A DNA stretch of 64,000 nt from Lama guanicoe (GCA_013239625.1 MU054098.1:248001-312000); one strand, 5' to 3'. Numbered from the stretch's first letter, positions 14,491-29,130 are shown. Notes: a model not told the origin generated them from the letters alone. A program made the numbers and translations.

Positions 14491-15059
14491 CCAGGAGAGA
14501 TTTGGCCAACTGTTTGAAAAACACTGTCTGCCCCAGACCACACTTGTTTTTATTCTCTGCCTGTTGTCAGGGGCCTCTTCTGAAATGGAACACCTCAGGA
14601 AATCAGACCCAACTCTGAGGAGTTTATGCTGCCTCTTGTGCCCCCCTTTCAAAGGCAATTATACCAAAATAGGGATTGTTTGTAGCAAAGTGCTTTCCTA
14701 GTGATGTTGAAAGCAGACAATGTATTATCAGGAAATGATCTCTCATTAGATCTTCTTTAGATCAAATGAAAAACACAGTGTGCAAGCAGACTCATCAGAC
14801 ATTAAAGGCACAGCTGAGCTGTGCCATGGCTGAACTCCCCATATATCAGTTTGTTCAAAGATGCAGGTTAAAGGGTAATGGAGACATGCACTTGGGGAAG
14901 GAATTGAGCAAGAGCTTCGGCTGAAGGCTGGACTCTTGAACTCTACTGTTTGCTTCTGAGAAGTCCCCTAGCGTTACAGGTCCAACTTTCTGACAGAGGA
15001 AATTGATCCTCATGAGGACTGGGCTGCCTCATGCAGAAATGAACCTATTACCTTCAATA

Positions 15060-15600
15060 CAGCTTAGCGGTTAAAAGGATGGTCCTTGGAGTCAGACTGC
15101 CAGAATGTGTAGCCCAGGCTACCTTTCTTAGTTTTGTGAATGTAGGAAATTTAGCTCTCCGTGCTTCATTTTTCTTACCTGTAAAATAATAATACTTTCT
15201 TTACGGGGTTGTGAGATTTAGAGGAAAATGAGTTGATACACGTAGAGAGTTTAGAATAGGACCTAGCATATGATAAGCCCTCGATAACAGTGTTAACTAT
15301 TAATGTTATGAAGGCCCTGAAGGTATTCTAGCCTCTCATGCACTGTGTGGCACAGTTATTGAGAACACAACTTTTTAAAAGTAAGACAGTCTTGGGTTTG
15401 AGTCCTAGTTCCACCATTTCCTAGCTGTTTGGACTTGGGTAAGTCGCCTAACCTCTGTAAGCCTCAATTTCCTCATCTGTAAAATAGGGATAATAACTAT
15501 AGCTACTTCATACAGTTGTTGGGTGGATTAATAAACCATGTAAAATGCTTCACATAGTGGCTGGCCCATAGTAAGTGCTCAATAAATGATAAATAATCAT
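15060..15600 (+). mobile_element. Two tandem MIR SINEs
   Basis: Core ttgggtaagtcgcctaacctctgtaagcctcaatttcctcatctgtaaaataggg ... tagtaagtgctcaataaatg. Confidence 0.8.
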
Positions 15601-17919
15601 AGAATATGCCTAAGACCCTGTGACTCTAGAAGCCCCACATGTTTTTTTTTTCCCTAGTCTTGGCTCTATTTAAATACTAGGTAATATTTTAAAGATTCAC
15701 TCTATGCTAAGAGGCCTGTATATACAAGAAGCAGATTGAAAAGCTATTATCTTACTCCATTAAAAAATAGTAATGATGTCTTAATTAACTCCTTGCTTAG
15801 GAGGAAGCAGAGTTATCCAAGCGAGTAGGAAATGGAAAATCGAACTCCTCTCTCCTCAACCCTTAGATGCTTTAATGGTCTCAAGAGTCACTTGGGCCGG
15901 TCAGCTGAAAAGGGAACCAGCTGGAAACAAACCCAGGATAAGTTGGCAATTACCAAACTCCTTCATCTTATGAAGATGCCTGGTTATTTGTCAAACTTTT
16001 GGCCCACTCAGGATCTCTCAATCTATCCTTTATTCTTCTTGAATAGTGAAAACCTGGGTGGGAAGGATGGCAAGGGAAAGAAACAAACCCCTGGCCCTCA
16101 AAACCTCACCTGTGGCCTGGCATGGAAAGTGGGCTTGCCTTTCCAGAGAAGATAGTGTGACCTTGCTGAGAAAGGAAGCCAGTCCAAACAGCTGCAAATG
16201 ACTCTGTACTTCTCTCATGCTCCAGCATGTTCCTCAGCTGTGAAACGTCATGCTTTAGAAGAGAAAACACGATATTTCCTTTCTCTTGCACTTGTGTGAA
16301 CGTGCAGAAGGTCCCATGTTCTTCTCTGTTCTTCAAATACACTGAGTTTGTGGAGGACAGTATTGCTTTAGCTCCATCTTGGGGCATGAAAAGAAACTAG
16401 ATCTAAATCGACAGATTCTCAAAGAATGATTTAATGTGTCACTGGAGAACTTGTACTGTAATCTGATTTTTGCCTGAATCTACAGAATTGCACATGTAAA
16501 TCCTGGCAAGGGGTACCTTTGCATGTGGCTGTGGTTCTACAAAGTCCAAACTCATTCTCCCCTTTCTCTTCCTTGATTTCTAGTGTGGTTTCAAAGCAGC
16601 ACCAAGAGAATTCCTAATGTCTGATCAACCACGCCCTCCTCAGACCCTTCTCAATCCTCTTGCCCCCACCCTCTTCATCCTTAGCACCTTCACCAGGTCT
16701 GAGAAGACAGAGACACAGACAGTTAACACTTTTTGGTAACCTTGCCTTGCTTCCTACAGACACAGTCACAAAAAACCACTGTTTTTAATTTTCAAAAGGG
16801 AAACCAATAAAAATTATACACAGGAGCCATTTTCTACTACTATGTAAAAGCAGTAAAATACCATAAAGTGGGTTCTCAGCATTTTAACAATAAAAAGCAG
16901 TGAACAATACTTTAATAGTCACTATAAACAGTAGCCCACTGGACTATAATTCTTAATAGTTATCTATTGGGCACAACAGAATACAGAACAGGCTATTCTG
17001 TTTGAGAGATTTCTACAAGACTCAATTTTAAAAACCAAGCTGGGATGCACAGTGAAGCTTGCTGGGCTGTGGTAGAATAGAATGGGCAGGCCCCATCGGC
17101 AGTGGTTTAAAGGAGAGCAAGGTACATTCGGATAGAGGCTTTATGGTCGGTCACACTTGTCCACATGGAGTGGGAGAAGAGGAGATTGGTTCTCAAAGGT
17201 AACACGTCTTCCCTCTCAGCTCTTGTGGGTCCAAAATCTTGAGAGTCAATTTGCTCAAGGATGTCTGAGTACCAGATAAGTGGTTTATACTATTCCAAAT
17301 CTGAACTGCACCAAAACCCAAGTCTGAATTCCCTAAGCCTGAATTGTCTGTTTTCTGCATAGGTTATCTCCTTGGTCAGATCTACTCAGAGAAACAACTT
17401 ACTGGATGGATTTTTATACCGCAATATACTTTAATGATGTAAAATCAGAAAAAAGAAACTAAGGTGGCTCTAAGAGGTCTTGTCATCTCCCTAATGGAAT
17501 AGCCTATACTGCCGAACTATTTCTTGCCAGAGTTGTGCCCAGTTATCTGACGTGAGAACCTCCTTTCCCTGAAAAGTGCTAGAGATACTTAATGCAAAAA
17601 GACATAGTAACCAAGCAAAGAGGGATCTCTTTTTGACCTTACGCCTACCTCAACTTGAGAAGTAGGCAAAGATGAAAGGACCAGTAGGGACTTGTGAGCG
17701 AGCAACAGCTTTATAAGGTGCCCGGGAAAAGTCTAGCCCATCTCAGTACTGGGTACGCAACAGGTTTTCCTTTGACTTTGGGTGGACTGATTAATTATTT
17801 AACTTACTGATTAATTCCTTTTCTAAACCATTTCTACTCTAACCACTTTTTGTTCATTATTTTTCTCATCCCCTTTCATTCCCTCAGGTATTTGTTACCA
17901 ATAGTATTAGGCACTATTC

Positions 17920-17973
17920 TAGCTACTAATTTGTGAATCCAGAGATTTTAGCTACTAATTTGTGAATCCAGAG
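17920..17973. repeat. Local tandem duplication, 25-bp identical unit, period 29
   Basis: tagctactaatttgtgaatccagag at 17920 and 17949. Confidence 0.9.
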
Positions 17974-20900
17974 GTCTGTAGCATCTTTTTTTCTTACTAT
18001 TTCCAACTCTGTTTATATCTTTTTAAGCCAAAGGACACCCTAGGTCTGAACTTGGCTCTTTTCCAAGAGACAACAATCTTTTTACCTTACAGAGAGATCT
18101 TTTCCTCAGAACTATTCAAGTGAACTCACTTGAACTGTATTGCAGTTTCTCAAGATGTCTAACTTACTCTCCCAACATTCCTTAGAATAGTTAGTATGGC
18201 CACCTTGATATGGAAATATGAATTTCAAATCACTGGACTATAAAATTTATTACATCAAAACATTAAGACTTTAAAACCACACTAGCAAATGAGGAGCCCA
18301 AATAAAATTATTAAATTAGAAAGACAAACATAATGTATGTAACTCACATGAGGGAGACACTAGATTCTTCTACTTAAGTAGCCAGATGTGAGGGAAAGAG
18401 GACTACAAGAGGAAGTGGAAAAGGAAAGAGACATAAATATAATTTCTTACATATCCCTTATGTTCCATATCATTTAATTTCATTTCTACATGAAGGCTGA
18501 CATTTGGCTGGGTAGCAATTATGCACCATATGGTCAAGCAAATTGTTTTCAGCAGGTGTTGTTCTGATTGGTCAGTGCCTGTGCTCCACCAGTTGCTCAA
18601 CACTTGGAATATCATTTAAAACCACACCAAGCCTACAAAATAGATATTAATCCTACATAATAGTTATTTTTGTCTACTTTTCAAATAAAGTCTCAGGGAA
18701 ACTAAGAGAATCTATAGCAAGCAGTGGAGCTTTAGGTGAATTAGCTCATTTACCCCTTTTTGAATGCCCCTCGTGAGGTACTGTCCCAATTTCACAGATG
18801 AGGAGGCTGAGGCTCAGAGATTAAGTAAACTGCCCCTAGGCTGCACAGGTAGAAACACAAGACCTTCAATTCAAGCCTTTATCTATTTGACTCAGAGGTC
18901 CACTCATTGCATTATACTACACTGCCTTCCAAAGTCTTTGTCCAGAATTGCCACTGAGCCAGCTCTACATCCATAGGTAAAAATGTTCTGGGTGCCTAGT
19001 TTTGCATTGTTGGTCTCAGTGATCTGTAAGTTTTCTTCCAGTCATAACCATGTATGCAAAGGTCTAAGTTAAGGTCTTTCCTTACGGATTCCGCAAGGCA
19101 TTTGTGTGTACTCTAGTCATTCTCATATGGAGAGTGCTTTCATTAGATGGCCAGTTGCATCATTTTCCTTGGCAAGTTCTTTCTTGTACAAGGAGAGGCG
19201 AAACATCTCAACAACTCTAGCTGGGTTCATACAAATATGACCTGTAGGAATTGAGCTCACTGAACTTCCCAGGATGCCAAAAACCTTTCTGACCAGTATT
19301 TATGGTGCCCAACACCACTTCTGAGGAACTTTTCCCTTTATTTTTTGCATTAGAACCACATTTTTAGAAGTCCTGTAAGACAGTGGAATGGAGACTGGAT
19401 AAGCAATCAACATGAGAAGACTGGCTTCCAGTCATGGCTCTTCTATTGTCTAGCTGTGGATGCTCAGGCAAGGGTTTCCCCTTCTCTTGATCTTTCATTC
19501 TTTAACTCCCATAGGGTTATTCTGGATATCAAATGAGATAATGATGTCAAAGTGATTAAGTATTTGATTAGTTATAGAATTCCTTTAAAACCACAGAATT
19601 GTAACATGGAAACTTGTCTTGGATATCTACTTCAGTGATTGGAAAAAAGTTTTTATAAATAAAACCCTTATTTCAATAGAAGCCTTATTATAAACAGCAA
19701 TAAATAAAAGATAGAAATAGGATTTAGCAGCTCTGGTTGAAGCAAAGGTGGGTGTTTGCAATTCTGCTCTTCTTGGCCCTCGTAAAGTCCCACGAGGCCC
19801 CTGCTCAGAACCCTAGATTCCCACAGAAACTCTATTTGAAAATCATTTATATAATCCACACCCTCATGTTCAGATGAGCCTGAGATTCAGAGAAGGAAAG
19901 GGGCTTACCTAGTGCCATCCAACTATTTGGAGGGAGAGCTGGGACTAGAAAGCACACAACATACAAACACTATAGCAATGGATTTTTCCTGTATAACAGT
20001 AATTTCAACTAGGAGATAAGCAAAGAATTACGGTAAAAACACTTTAAGTAGGTTGTTTTGATCCAGATATTTTGATATGAAAATATTTTGACCATAAAAA
20101 GAAATGAACAAAAAACCTTTCAGCTTAAATAAAATATTGTCAAGCAGTTTTGTCAAAGCTTACCTCATCCCAAATCCTAGTTGGATCAAATAGCTGGTCA
20201 AAATGGAAATAGAAAATGTTAGGTTCTAATTTTTTGAAGTCAGTTTCATATTTTATTAATTTTTTCTATGAACTTCATCAAAGTAAGTTCAAAGTAATAC
20301 ATGCACACAGTAATAAATCAAGGTATGCAGAAGAATTTGTGATGAAAAGCAAGTCTCCCTTCCCATTCCTCAGTGCCACTCCTTAGAAGCAACTTATTTT
20401 AACAGTCTCCATTTGTATTTCCTGGATGGAGCCAAGGCCAGTGTCAAACTACTGTGGATCACAACATTCATAAGCACTGTAATAGAAAAGCCTACAAGCA
20501 AGAGAGGCTTACCAGCTCTCAGATACTTCTTACCATAGTATTCTTCCTATTTGCATCTCTCTCTGGTCCCCCAAGGTTAAAATCCTTGAGGTTAAAGCTC
20601 TGGTTCTCTGTAATACTCAAAGAAGCGCTACACCTTAATCCTTGGGAGGCAAAGGCTGAACTAGGCCCTAGATTGTCTTATTTATTCTTAGATTCCAAGG
20701 ACTCAGCACATAGTTCTCAGTAAATGCTTGTTGAGAGTTTAATTAGTTGGTTAACCAACAAAGGTCTTAAGAAACCAGTACAATATCACTTCACTAAAGC
20801 ATGTGCCTCAAGTCCGTGACTGCAGCACTGTTGGCAACCACTGGGAGTGATCAAGGCAGCTTACTCAGGTATTATTCCTATGGACGTACGCAACAGCTTG

Positions 20901-22809
20901 TAAGTAAAGACATAGAAACCTGTGCATGGAGGTGGATACTGACATTGACCTTGGCTCAATCCAGGAATCAATCAAGAAGTAATAACTGCTATGACATTAA
21001 TTTATTGAGTGTCTAACATAGCATATATAGGAACTGGGATGAGCATTTCACAACTCTATGAGATAGGTATTATTATTATTATCTCTATGACTGATGAGGA
21101 AACTAGACACAGACAGAGAATGGATCATGACCAAGGTAATACAGTTAGTATAAAGTGATGGAGGGTGGGGGGTAGGTTCAAGTCTAGACAGCCTGACTCC
21201 AGAGCCTGTGTTCTTGATGTTTTAGAAGTACGTACGTGTTTTACAAGCACATACCATAGTGTCTTTCACATAGTAGATGCTACATACATGTTAATTCTCT
21301 TCTGGTCTTACTGGAAACAGGAAATATTTGGAGAACCGTAAGTCAGGGAGGTAAAAAAAGGAGGGGAACTCAAACACTTAAACACAGAATCAGATCATAT
21401 TGAGGGACATACGTGTTGTTAATATCACTATTTTTAATCACCTTCCCCACTTCCCACCCTCTTTAGTATCCCCCTCCACCCGTGAAAGTCATCCAGTTTG
21501 ATCATCAAGTCAGTGTACTAGAGCTGGCTGCCTTCCTGCCAGAAGACTTCATCCAAATCTACGCCCACACAAGCCATGTGTCTACTCCCTGCTGTGTCTT
21601 ATTAAAGGCCAAGTTGATGAACCAAACAGAATGGGAAAATTATGTTTGGGGAGAAGACTGTATGCCTGGATAAACTTGGCTAGGGCAGAACTTGCCTGTC
21701 TGCAGAAGTTTTCTAAGTCTCCCTCCAATAAAACAGTGAATTCTGATTCTTATCCTTTCAGGATATAGTTATAATAAAGCTGCATTTTGTTGCACTATAT
21801 GCTCCCCAATGAACTTTTGCAGATGTTATTACATGTAATCCTCACAAGAAACTTGTGAGCTAGGCAGAACATTCATTCAGTCAGTATTTAATGCATCCTA
21901 CTATGTGCCAGGCCATGGCTTAAGAATACGAATAAAGTTAACTCCTACTCATCTTTCCAATCTCAACCCCAACGTCATTATTTTTCAGAGAGGACTTTTT
22001 TTTTCCTCCACTATCATAATATCCTGCTTGTATCCATCACAGGACTTATCATAGTTTAATTATAGACTTACTTGTTTATAGTCTGGCTTCCCTACTTGCA
22101 CTGTAAGTTTCAAGAGGGTTGAGATTTTTGTCATGTTCCCCTGCTGAATCCTCACACACAGCACAGTGGAAAAGAGCTCACAGTCTGGTAAAGGGAAACA
22201 GACAAGCACACACAGAAGCGTAATAAACTAGTGCTGATGCTGTGGAAAAAGTCTGTTTAGAGTAGGGGCTAAAAAACAGGAGGAACAAAGTCTATTTCTA
22301 TGTGTCAGAAAAAGCTTCCCTGATGGGGTTACACTTCAGCTGAACGTTGAAAGATTATAGGGAAACAATGATGGGTAAATACTCCCTCAAAGAGAAAGCA
22401 ACATAGACAGTAGCTTGGGGGCATAAAGCAGCACACCACATTCTAAGAACTGTAAGTATTCTGGTAATTTCTAGAGCATAGGAGAGGAAATGAAAGGTGT
22501 GAGTTGGTAAGAGATGAGCTTGAAGAAGTAAACAGGAGCGAGGTAAGCAAGAGGACCTTAAATGCTGTACTACCCAATCTGAACTTTATTTCATTCACAA
22601 TAACAGCAGTTACCATTTGTTGACTACCATTCACAATAATATAGCTACTATTTATCGACTACTAACTTAGGGCTGAATACTTTATACATTGTCTTTTTAA
22701 AAACCTCATTCTTAATGAAAAATTTCACATATATATAAAAATAGAGAGAATGATATGAACTTCCATGTAACTATTACCGAGCTCCAACAATTATCAGCTC
22801 ATGCCAATT

Positions 22810-23660
22810 GCTCTGGTTATTTGCTGCAGCATAAAAACTACCCTCCAAACTTAGTGGCATAAAATAACAACCATTTGAGGTCTCCATTGAAAAAACAATT
22901 TTTTATTATATTCCATGATTTGGGGAGCTAGGAATTTGGGCAGGGCATTTCTGCTCATTATAAATATCACCAACTGAGGCCACTCAGTAGTACTCACCTG
23001 GTGGATGTGCTGGTGTGGAGGGTACACGACAGCTTCACTCCTACATTTGGTGGCTTGATGGAAATGGCTGGAAGGCTGAGATGAGCTAGAACGTGGACTG
23101 GAGTATATAAGCGTAGCCTCTCTGGCATGGCGTTCTCAGGGTAGTCAGACTTCTTGCTGTTTTCTCCCTGAGCAAGTGTCTTAAAAGAACTAGGTGAAAG
23201 CTTCATGACCTCTTCTGACTTCATTACTTCTTTTGGATTTTTCATATAAATGGGATCTTGTGACCTTTTGTACCTGGCTTCTTTCACTTGCCATAATATT
23301 TTCAAGATTCATCCACCTTGTATGTATATCAAATCCTTCACTCCTTTTTATGGCAGAATAATATTCCATTGTATGGGTATACTATACATTTTGCGTATCC
23401 ATTCATCAGTTGATGGACATTTGATTACTTTTTTCCACTTTTTGGTTATTAAGAATAATACTACTATAAATGTTCCTGTATAATTTTTTTGGTGACCTTT
23501 TGTGTCTGTCTTTCACTTAGCATAATGTTTTCAAGATTTAACAAGTATCTGTTCAGGCTCTCATCTTAAAGTGGAGAGGTGTCAAGGACACATAGTAGAA
23601 GAGTGTGTGGAATGGGAGATATTGTTGCAGCCATATTTGGAAAACACAACCTGCCACTCC
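22810..23660. mobile_element. MLT1-type MaLR LTR interrupted by an L1M fragment (about 23230-23545, minus)
   Basis: caaacttagtggcataaaataacaacc (MLT1); catcagttgatggacatttg and tttcacttagcataatgttttcaag (L1). Confidence 0.6.
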
Positions 23661-24104
23661 AATCTTGTTTCATTTGTACCTTCATCTACACCCTCCCCAC
23701 TGCCATGGACTATTCAGAACTAAATCCCAGACATCATATTTTCACCTGGAAAAACTTCTTCATATAAGAACTAATTAAATCCTCATCCTGCCCCATGAGG
23801 TTAGAGATTTTTATTGCCATTTTATGAATGAAGAAACTGAAACCAAGAAAAGTTTGAATCATTTGTCAAAAATCACAAAACTGGTAGGTGGTTCAAGCAA
23901 CACTTGAACGTGCTATGCTTGATTCTAGTGCCTGTGCTCTTTCCATACTGCTGTTTCTTAACAGGGACGGACTTAAAATAGGGAAGTAGTATAATCAACT
24001 TGACCTATTAAAAAGATCTTCCTAATTCCAATGTAGAAGGTGGATTGGAAGGGGCCAGAGTTGAGACAGAGAAACCAGCTAAAAGGCTGTAATTGGTTTA
24101 GGTC

Positions 24105-24255
24105 ACTGCTTCTCAAATTTTAATGTACATGTGAGTCACCTAAAGATCTTGTTAAAATGCAGATTCTGTTTTAGTAGATCTGGAGTGTAGCCTGAGATTC
24201 TGCATTTCTAGCAAGCTGCTGCTTGGCTGCAGACCATATTTTAAGTAACCAGGGC
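24105..24255. mobile_element. MER5A-type hAT-Charlie MITE (similar copies near 12935-13110, 29680-29830, 49140-49310, 60230-60420)
   Basis: cttctcaaattttaatg...gttaaaatgcagattct...ctgcatttctagcaagct. Confidence 0.7.
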
Positions 24256-24684
24256 ACCATAGGCTAAGGATGATAAAAGTGTTGAACTAGAGAAGTGATA
24301 CTGGAGAAAAGAGGTAGCAGAGGAAAGAAAATAGAATTTATATAAATTTTTCAATCCCCATTTTCCAGTTGATTCACAGGGAGGGTTAAGGTAGCTCAAT
24401 AATTTTCCCATTTTTCAGTTGATTCATAGGAATGATTTTCAATTGACTGATAGGGAGGGTTAAGGTAGCTTAATAATTATGTACCAAGTTAGCAACTAAA
24501 GCTATGACCAGAGCCCAAACCTGCTGACTTTTCATCACACTTATTTGGCCACCCAAGGAAAGTCCCACAATATAGATACAAGCATTAGTGTTCCAAGTAA
24601 AATCGAACAATGAAGGTATTTTACCAGTGCATTATACAGAAAATTTAGTTCACATTTGCTCCACTTAAAACTTATTTCTCTTAA

Positions 24685-24861
24685 TAAACAAGATTACACT
24701 GTATAGCACAGGGAAATATACACAAAATGTTATGATAAATCACAGAGAAAAAAATGTGACAATGAGTGTGTATATGTCCATGAATGACTGAAAAATTGTG
24801 CTGAACACTGGAATTTGACACAACATTGTAAAATGATTATAAATCAGTAAAAAATGTTAAA
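24685..24861 (+). mobile_element. 5'-truncated lineage-specific L1 3' end
   Basis: ctgtatagcacagggaaatat... 3' UTR motif; 18-bp TSD aaaacttat(t/c)tctcttaa at 24667 and 24862. Confidence 0.8.
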
Positions 24862-25519
24862 AAAACTTATCTCTCTTAAAATAATGTATTTAACTATCTT
24901 AAATTAAAATACAGCAGTACTTATGGTGTTTAGTTAAGAATACTATGGTATCCAGGAATTACGCTATTGAGTCACTGGGCACATCCATCCTGAATTTGCT
25001 TGAGAGAAGACTTGACAGAGGGGTGAAATTTGACCTGCATCTCACAGCATTTGAAGGATCTAGACAGCATGAAAAGAATGAGGGAGGCCTTTGCAGAGGG
25101 AGAATGGTAGGACTAAGATCCAGAGGCAGGAAAATACATAATGGGGACTGCATGTATGAGTTACATGATAAGCTTCTGCTCATTCTTCAAAAAAAAATCA
25201 GTTATCACAAAAAGGGGAAACCACAGGTGGCCTTTTCTGCACCAGTTGTTTGGAAGAGAATTCCTCTTGTAGTAGGATGCCTACCATTTAGGGAGACGAG
25301 TAGTAGAGATAGGGTTGGGGATAGGACTTGAGGTGACACTAAAGAAATGAATATCATACCCATCTATCCATCTGTCTGTCTGAATGGATATGTGTTTAAT
25401 GAATGTTGATCCTCACCCCCGGGAGAGGGAGGAGGCTCTCCACTATTTTCTCTTCAGACCCGGACCAGTCTCCCTGCACCCTGGCCCCCACCGTAAGCAG
25501 GAAACATTCACAAATAAGA

Positions 25520-26305
25520 GGGCTCTATGTTTAACAATTTGAGAAACTTTGAGACTATTTTCCAAAGCATCTGCACCATTTTACTATCCCACCAGCAGTG
25601 TATAAGGGTTCCAATTTCTCCACATCCTCACCAACACTTGTTATTATCTGTCTTTTTGATTATACCCATCCTAGTGTTTGGGGTTGGGGTTTGCAGTTTC
25701 CTGATGGCTAATGATGTTGAATACCTTTTCATGTACTTATCTCCAACTGGCTCTTGACAGATAAAAAGGCATCTTTTCCCAACTTTGGTAACATAGAGTT
25801 GCCATATGATGCAGCAATTCTACTCTCAGGTACATACCCAAAAGAATTGAATACATGTTCACACACACAAAATTATACAGAAATGTTCATAGTAACATCA
25901 TTCATAATAACCAAAAAGTGGAAACCACTGAAATATCCATCAACTGATGAATGAAAAAACAAAATGTGGTATGTTGTATATCCATACAATGGGATATTAT
26001 TCAATCATGAAAATGAATGAAATACTGATATACACTACAAGATGGATGAATGTTGAAAACATTATGCTAACTGAAAGAAACCAGACACAAAAGGCCACAC
26101 GATTCCATTTATCCGAAACATCCAGAATAGGTAAATCTGTAGAAACAGGAAGCAGTTGCCCGAGGCTTGGGGGAGGGCAAATGAGGAGTAACTGCTTAAT
26201 AGATACAGGATTTTATCTTGGAGGTATAGAAATGTTTTGGAACTAGATGTCATTGAATTGTTCACTTTAAAATTGTTAATTTTATATTAAGTTCACCTCA
26301 AGGAA
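25520..26305. mobile_element. Old L1M 3' region, inverted junction (minus part 25520-25760, plus part 25790-26305)
   Basis: Minus part: cccaccagcagtgtataagggttccaatttctccacatcctc. Plus part: ELPYDAAILL...KWKPLKYPSTDE and L1M 3' UTR. Confidence 0.8.
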
Positions 26306-28035
26306 AGAAACAAAGAGCTAGCTGGAGCTGGCTCCACCACACCACTGCCTGAAGACCTTGCACCTCCAAAGTTGGGAAGATCCGACTGTTTATGCTTTAT
26401 GATAGCCACATGTCACCACTGAGGCAATGAGTACAGAAGTGACTAGCAACTTGAATGGGAAGTGGGGCGAACTCCTGGAGGGCAAAAATTTAATAATATC
26501 TGAAATGTATTATTCCATCACCTCTCCACATTTCTGCTCACATTTTTTATTATCTTACTTAATTCTCACATCAATTTTATAGATGGGGGAATTGAAGACT
26601 AACAATAAGCTAACAAAGATCACACACAGCCAGGAAGTAGCAGAGATTAGATTTAAACCTTGGTCTACCACAAGTCTGTGCTCTTACATTCAAATGGAAG
26701 CCTGTGGTAGCCATGGGAGTGGTACCTAGCCATGTTCCTTTTGTACCCTCAGGCCACTGGGAATTCCCTACAGTGGGTGAGTATGGCTGCCTGCCAAAGA
26801 CTTCAGTCCCATTCCAGAACTGGTGGCCTTGGGGACTTCTGTGGAACTGTGGGACTATAAGGCTGCTTAGCTGTGAGAAATGATCTGGCCAGGACCATGG
26901 GGCTTGCTCTGATCTGAGACTTCTGGTGGCATCTTTTTCAGAAAATTCAAAAAAGAATTTAAATACTTTGGGGTGTTATAAGGAGCTGAGATATATATTG
27001 CTTCCAGAGACCTAAAAGATGATCTTTTCGAAAGATCTCACCTACCAGATGAAGAAACTGAAGTTTATAGAAATGACTTGTTTAAGATCACACAGCTGAT
27101 TCAGTCAAGAACCAAGACTAAATGAGGAAGTAACTGGGGGAGTTGGTCCTCCTCCTCAAACTCTCCATTTTCCACTCTTCCTTTTCGTATGTTCTTTCCT
27201 CAGTACTCTAATATGGATATGCTATAATAAGAGAGAGTCCAGCAGACTTTTTCAAACCAAGATGTAATAAAGTATACTCCTTAAATTTTTTATAATAGAA
27301 TATTCATCTATATTACCTATTTATAAATTATATATAATTATATTTTACTTTTTTGTTTGTTTCTTTATTGTTGGAATATTGTAAAGCAAGTCCTAGACAG
27401 GTATATATATTGTTAAAGAAAAGCATTATGATACAGCAAAACACAAACAAATGAACATAAAATCTACCCTGGGCTGAAGATCAGGGACCTACGCCTTGTT
27501 TTGCTCAGCTCTGCCACTGGCTAGATATATATGATCATGGGGAAGTTGTTTAAGTCCTTAATCTCAGATTTTTCCTCTAAGAAAGAAAAAACCAAGATGT
27601 TACGACTTTATAACATTAAAGTTCTGTGACTATTCAAATTCCTCTGGGGATAACCGAATTTTAAAAGGGGACAAATGCTTAATGTACTTCTGTTATCTGG
27701 CAAAGTAAAGTAGTTTTGGGGAGCATTAGTTACAGCTGCAGGAATGGGTGGGTAATGGTTCAGAGGTCTTAAAATTACTCTTTGAAAGCAGCTGCCACAG
27801 AAGGTTGGTCTTGACTACGACTACCGAGTGTGGCTCTGGAAAATGCAAAATGATGCCATCATTCCTCTTTACTAGTGAGCTTTCAGGACTAGTTGTTTAA
27901 ATAGCCTGAAGGTCATCTGTCTGAGTTAAACTGGGGAACTGCACTGTAAGTGTGAAATGTTCTCCAGCTTCAAACAAAATGTCCATTTTCTGAGGTATCC
28001 AAATCCTCCAGAACTTGTTTAACCATAAAGGTGCC

Positions 28036-28220
28036 TTCCTCCCTTCCTCCTTCTTCCCTCCTCCTCCACCTTTTCTCTTCTCCCTTCTCCCTTCTCCCAT
28101 CTCCTTCTCCTTCTCCCTTTCTTCTGTCATCTCTCTCTTCTCCTCTCCTTTCCTCTCCCCTCCCCTCCTCTCTTCTCTTCTCTGTCTGTCTCTGTCTCTG
28201 TCTCTGTCTCTCTCTGTCTC
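28036..28220. repeat. Polypyrimidine / (CTGTCT)n low-complexity tract
   Basis: Almost pure C/T run followed by tctctg repeats. Confidence 0.9.
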
Positions 28221-28266
28221 TTGGAGGTTTGCTGGTTAGTGAAAGGCTATCTTTTTTACTAGTTGA

Positions 28267-28285
28267 ATGCTGCCATCTGTTGGTT
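28267..28285 (-). promoter_or_regulatory. Candidate CTCF binding site
   Basis: Minus strand reads AACCAACAGATGGCAGCA, a close match to the CTCF core CCASYAGRKGGCRS. Confidence 0.55.
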
Positions 28286-28604
28286 GAGGGGCAGCACTCT
28301 CAGTTGGAGCGAGGAAATTTTTCTGCCAGATTTACAGCAAACAAACAAACAAACCCCACAAAACTACAGGTTCCTGATGTACAAACCAAAAATAACTTAA
28401 ATATTTTTAAGACTTATTATTTTACCTATGAACATATTTTTTTCTGATATAAGTAAAATGTGGTTATTTTAGACAATTTGTAAAATCTGGAAAAGTGGAT
28501 ATAGGAAGACATCAATTTCCTGTAGTTCCCAAATTCTAACACATGATGCATTTTTGCAATACCCTGATTTTCATTCAAAATGCAATTTTTTCCCATGCTC
28601 CTGA

Positions 28605-29130
28605 CTTTCATTCAACAAATATTTATTAGCACCTTCTGTGTACCGGGTACTTTGTTAGGCATTGGAGATAAACAGTGAGGAATGAAAATCAAGAAAGTCC
28701 TTGCCCAGTCCCTTGTGCTTACATTTAAGGGTAGGGGTAACAATAAACAAATGAAAATATAATGACATGTTAGATAATGATAAATTCTGTGAAGAGAAAG
28801 AAAGCTCGATGAGGGGACAGAGTGAGGTAGTGCTATTTTAGATAGGACAGTCACAGAAGGTCCCTCTGAGGCCGTGGAAGAAGTGTCATTTGAACAGAAG
28901 CTTGAATGATCAAAGGGAGGAAGCCACGCAAATGTCTAGGCGGGAAGTCTTCTAGGAGGAAAAGTGTTCTAGGCTGATGGAAAGGCAAGTGCAAATGCTC
29001 TCAGGAGGAGCATACCTCCACTGCTAGAGACATAACACGGAAGCTAGTGTGGCTGGAAGGGTGTGTGTGGGAGAAGAAAACTGAAAGGAAATGAGAAAGT
29101 AGCTAGGGATCAAATCACAGAGGTGAAATC
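28605..29130 (-). mobile_element. L2 LINE 3' fragment
   Basis: ttcattcaacaaatatttattagcacc...tgtaccgggtactttgttaggcattggagata, a typical L2 tail, followed by purine-rich body. Confidence 0.75.
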
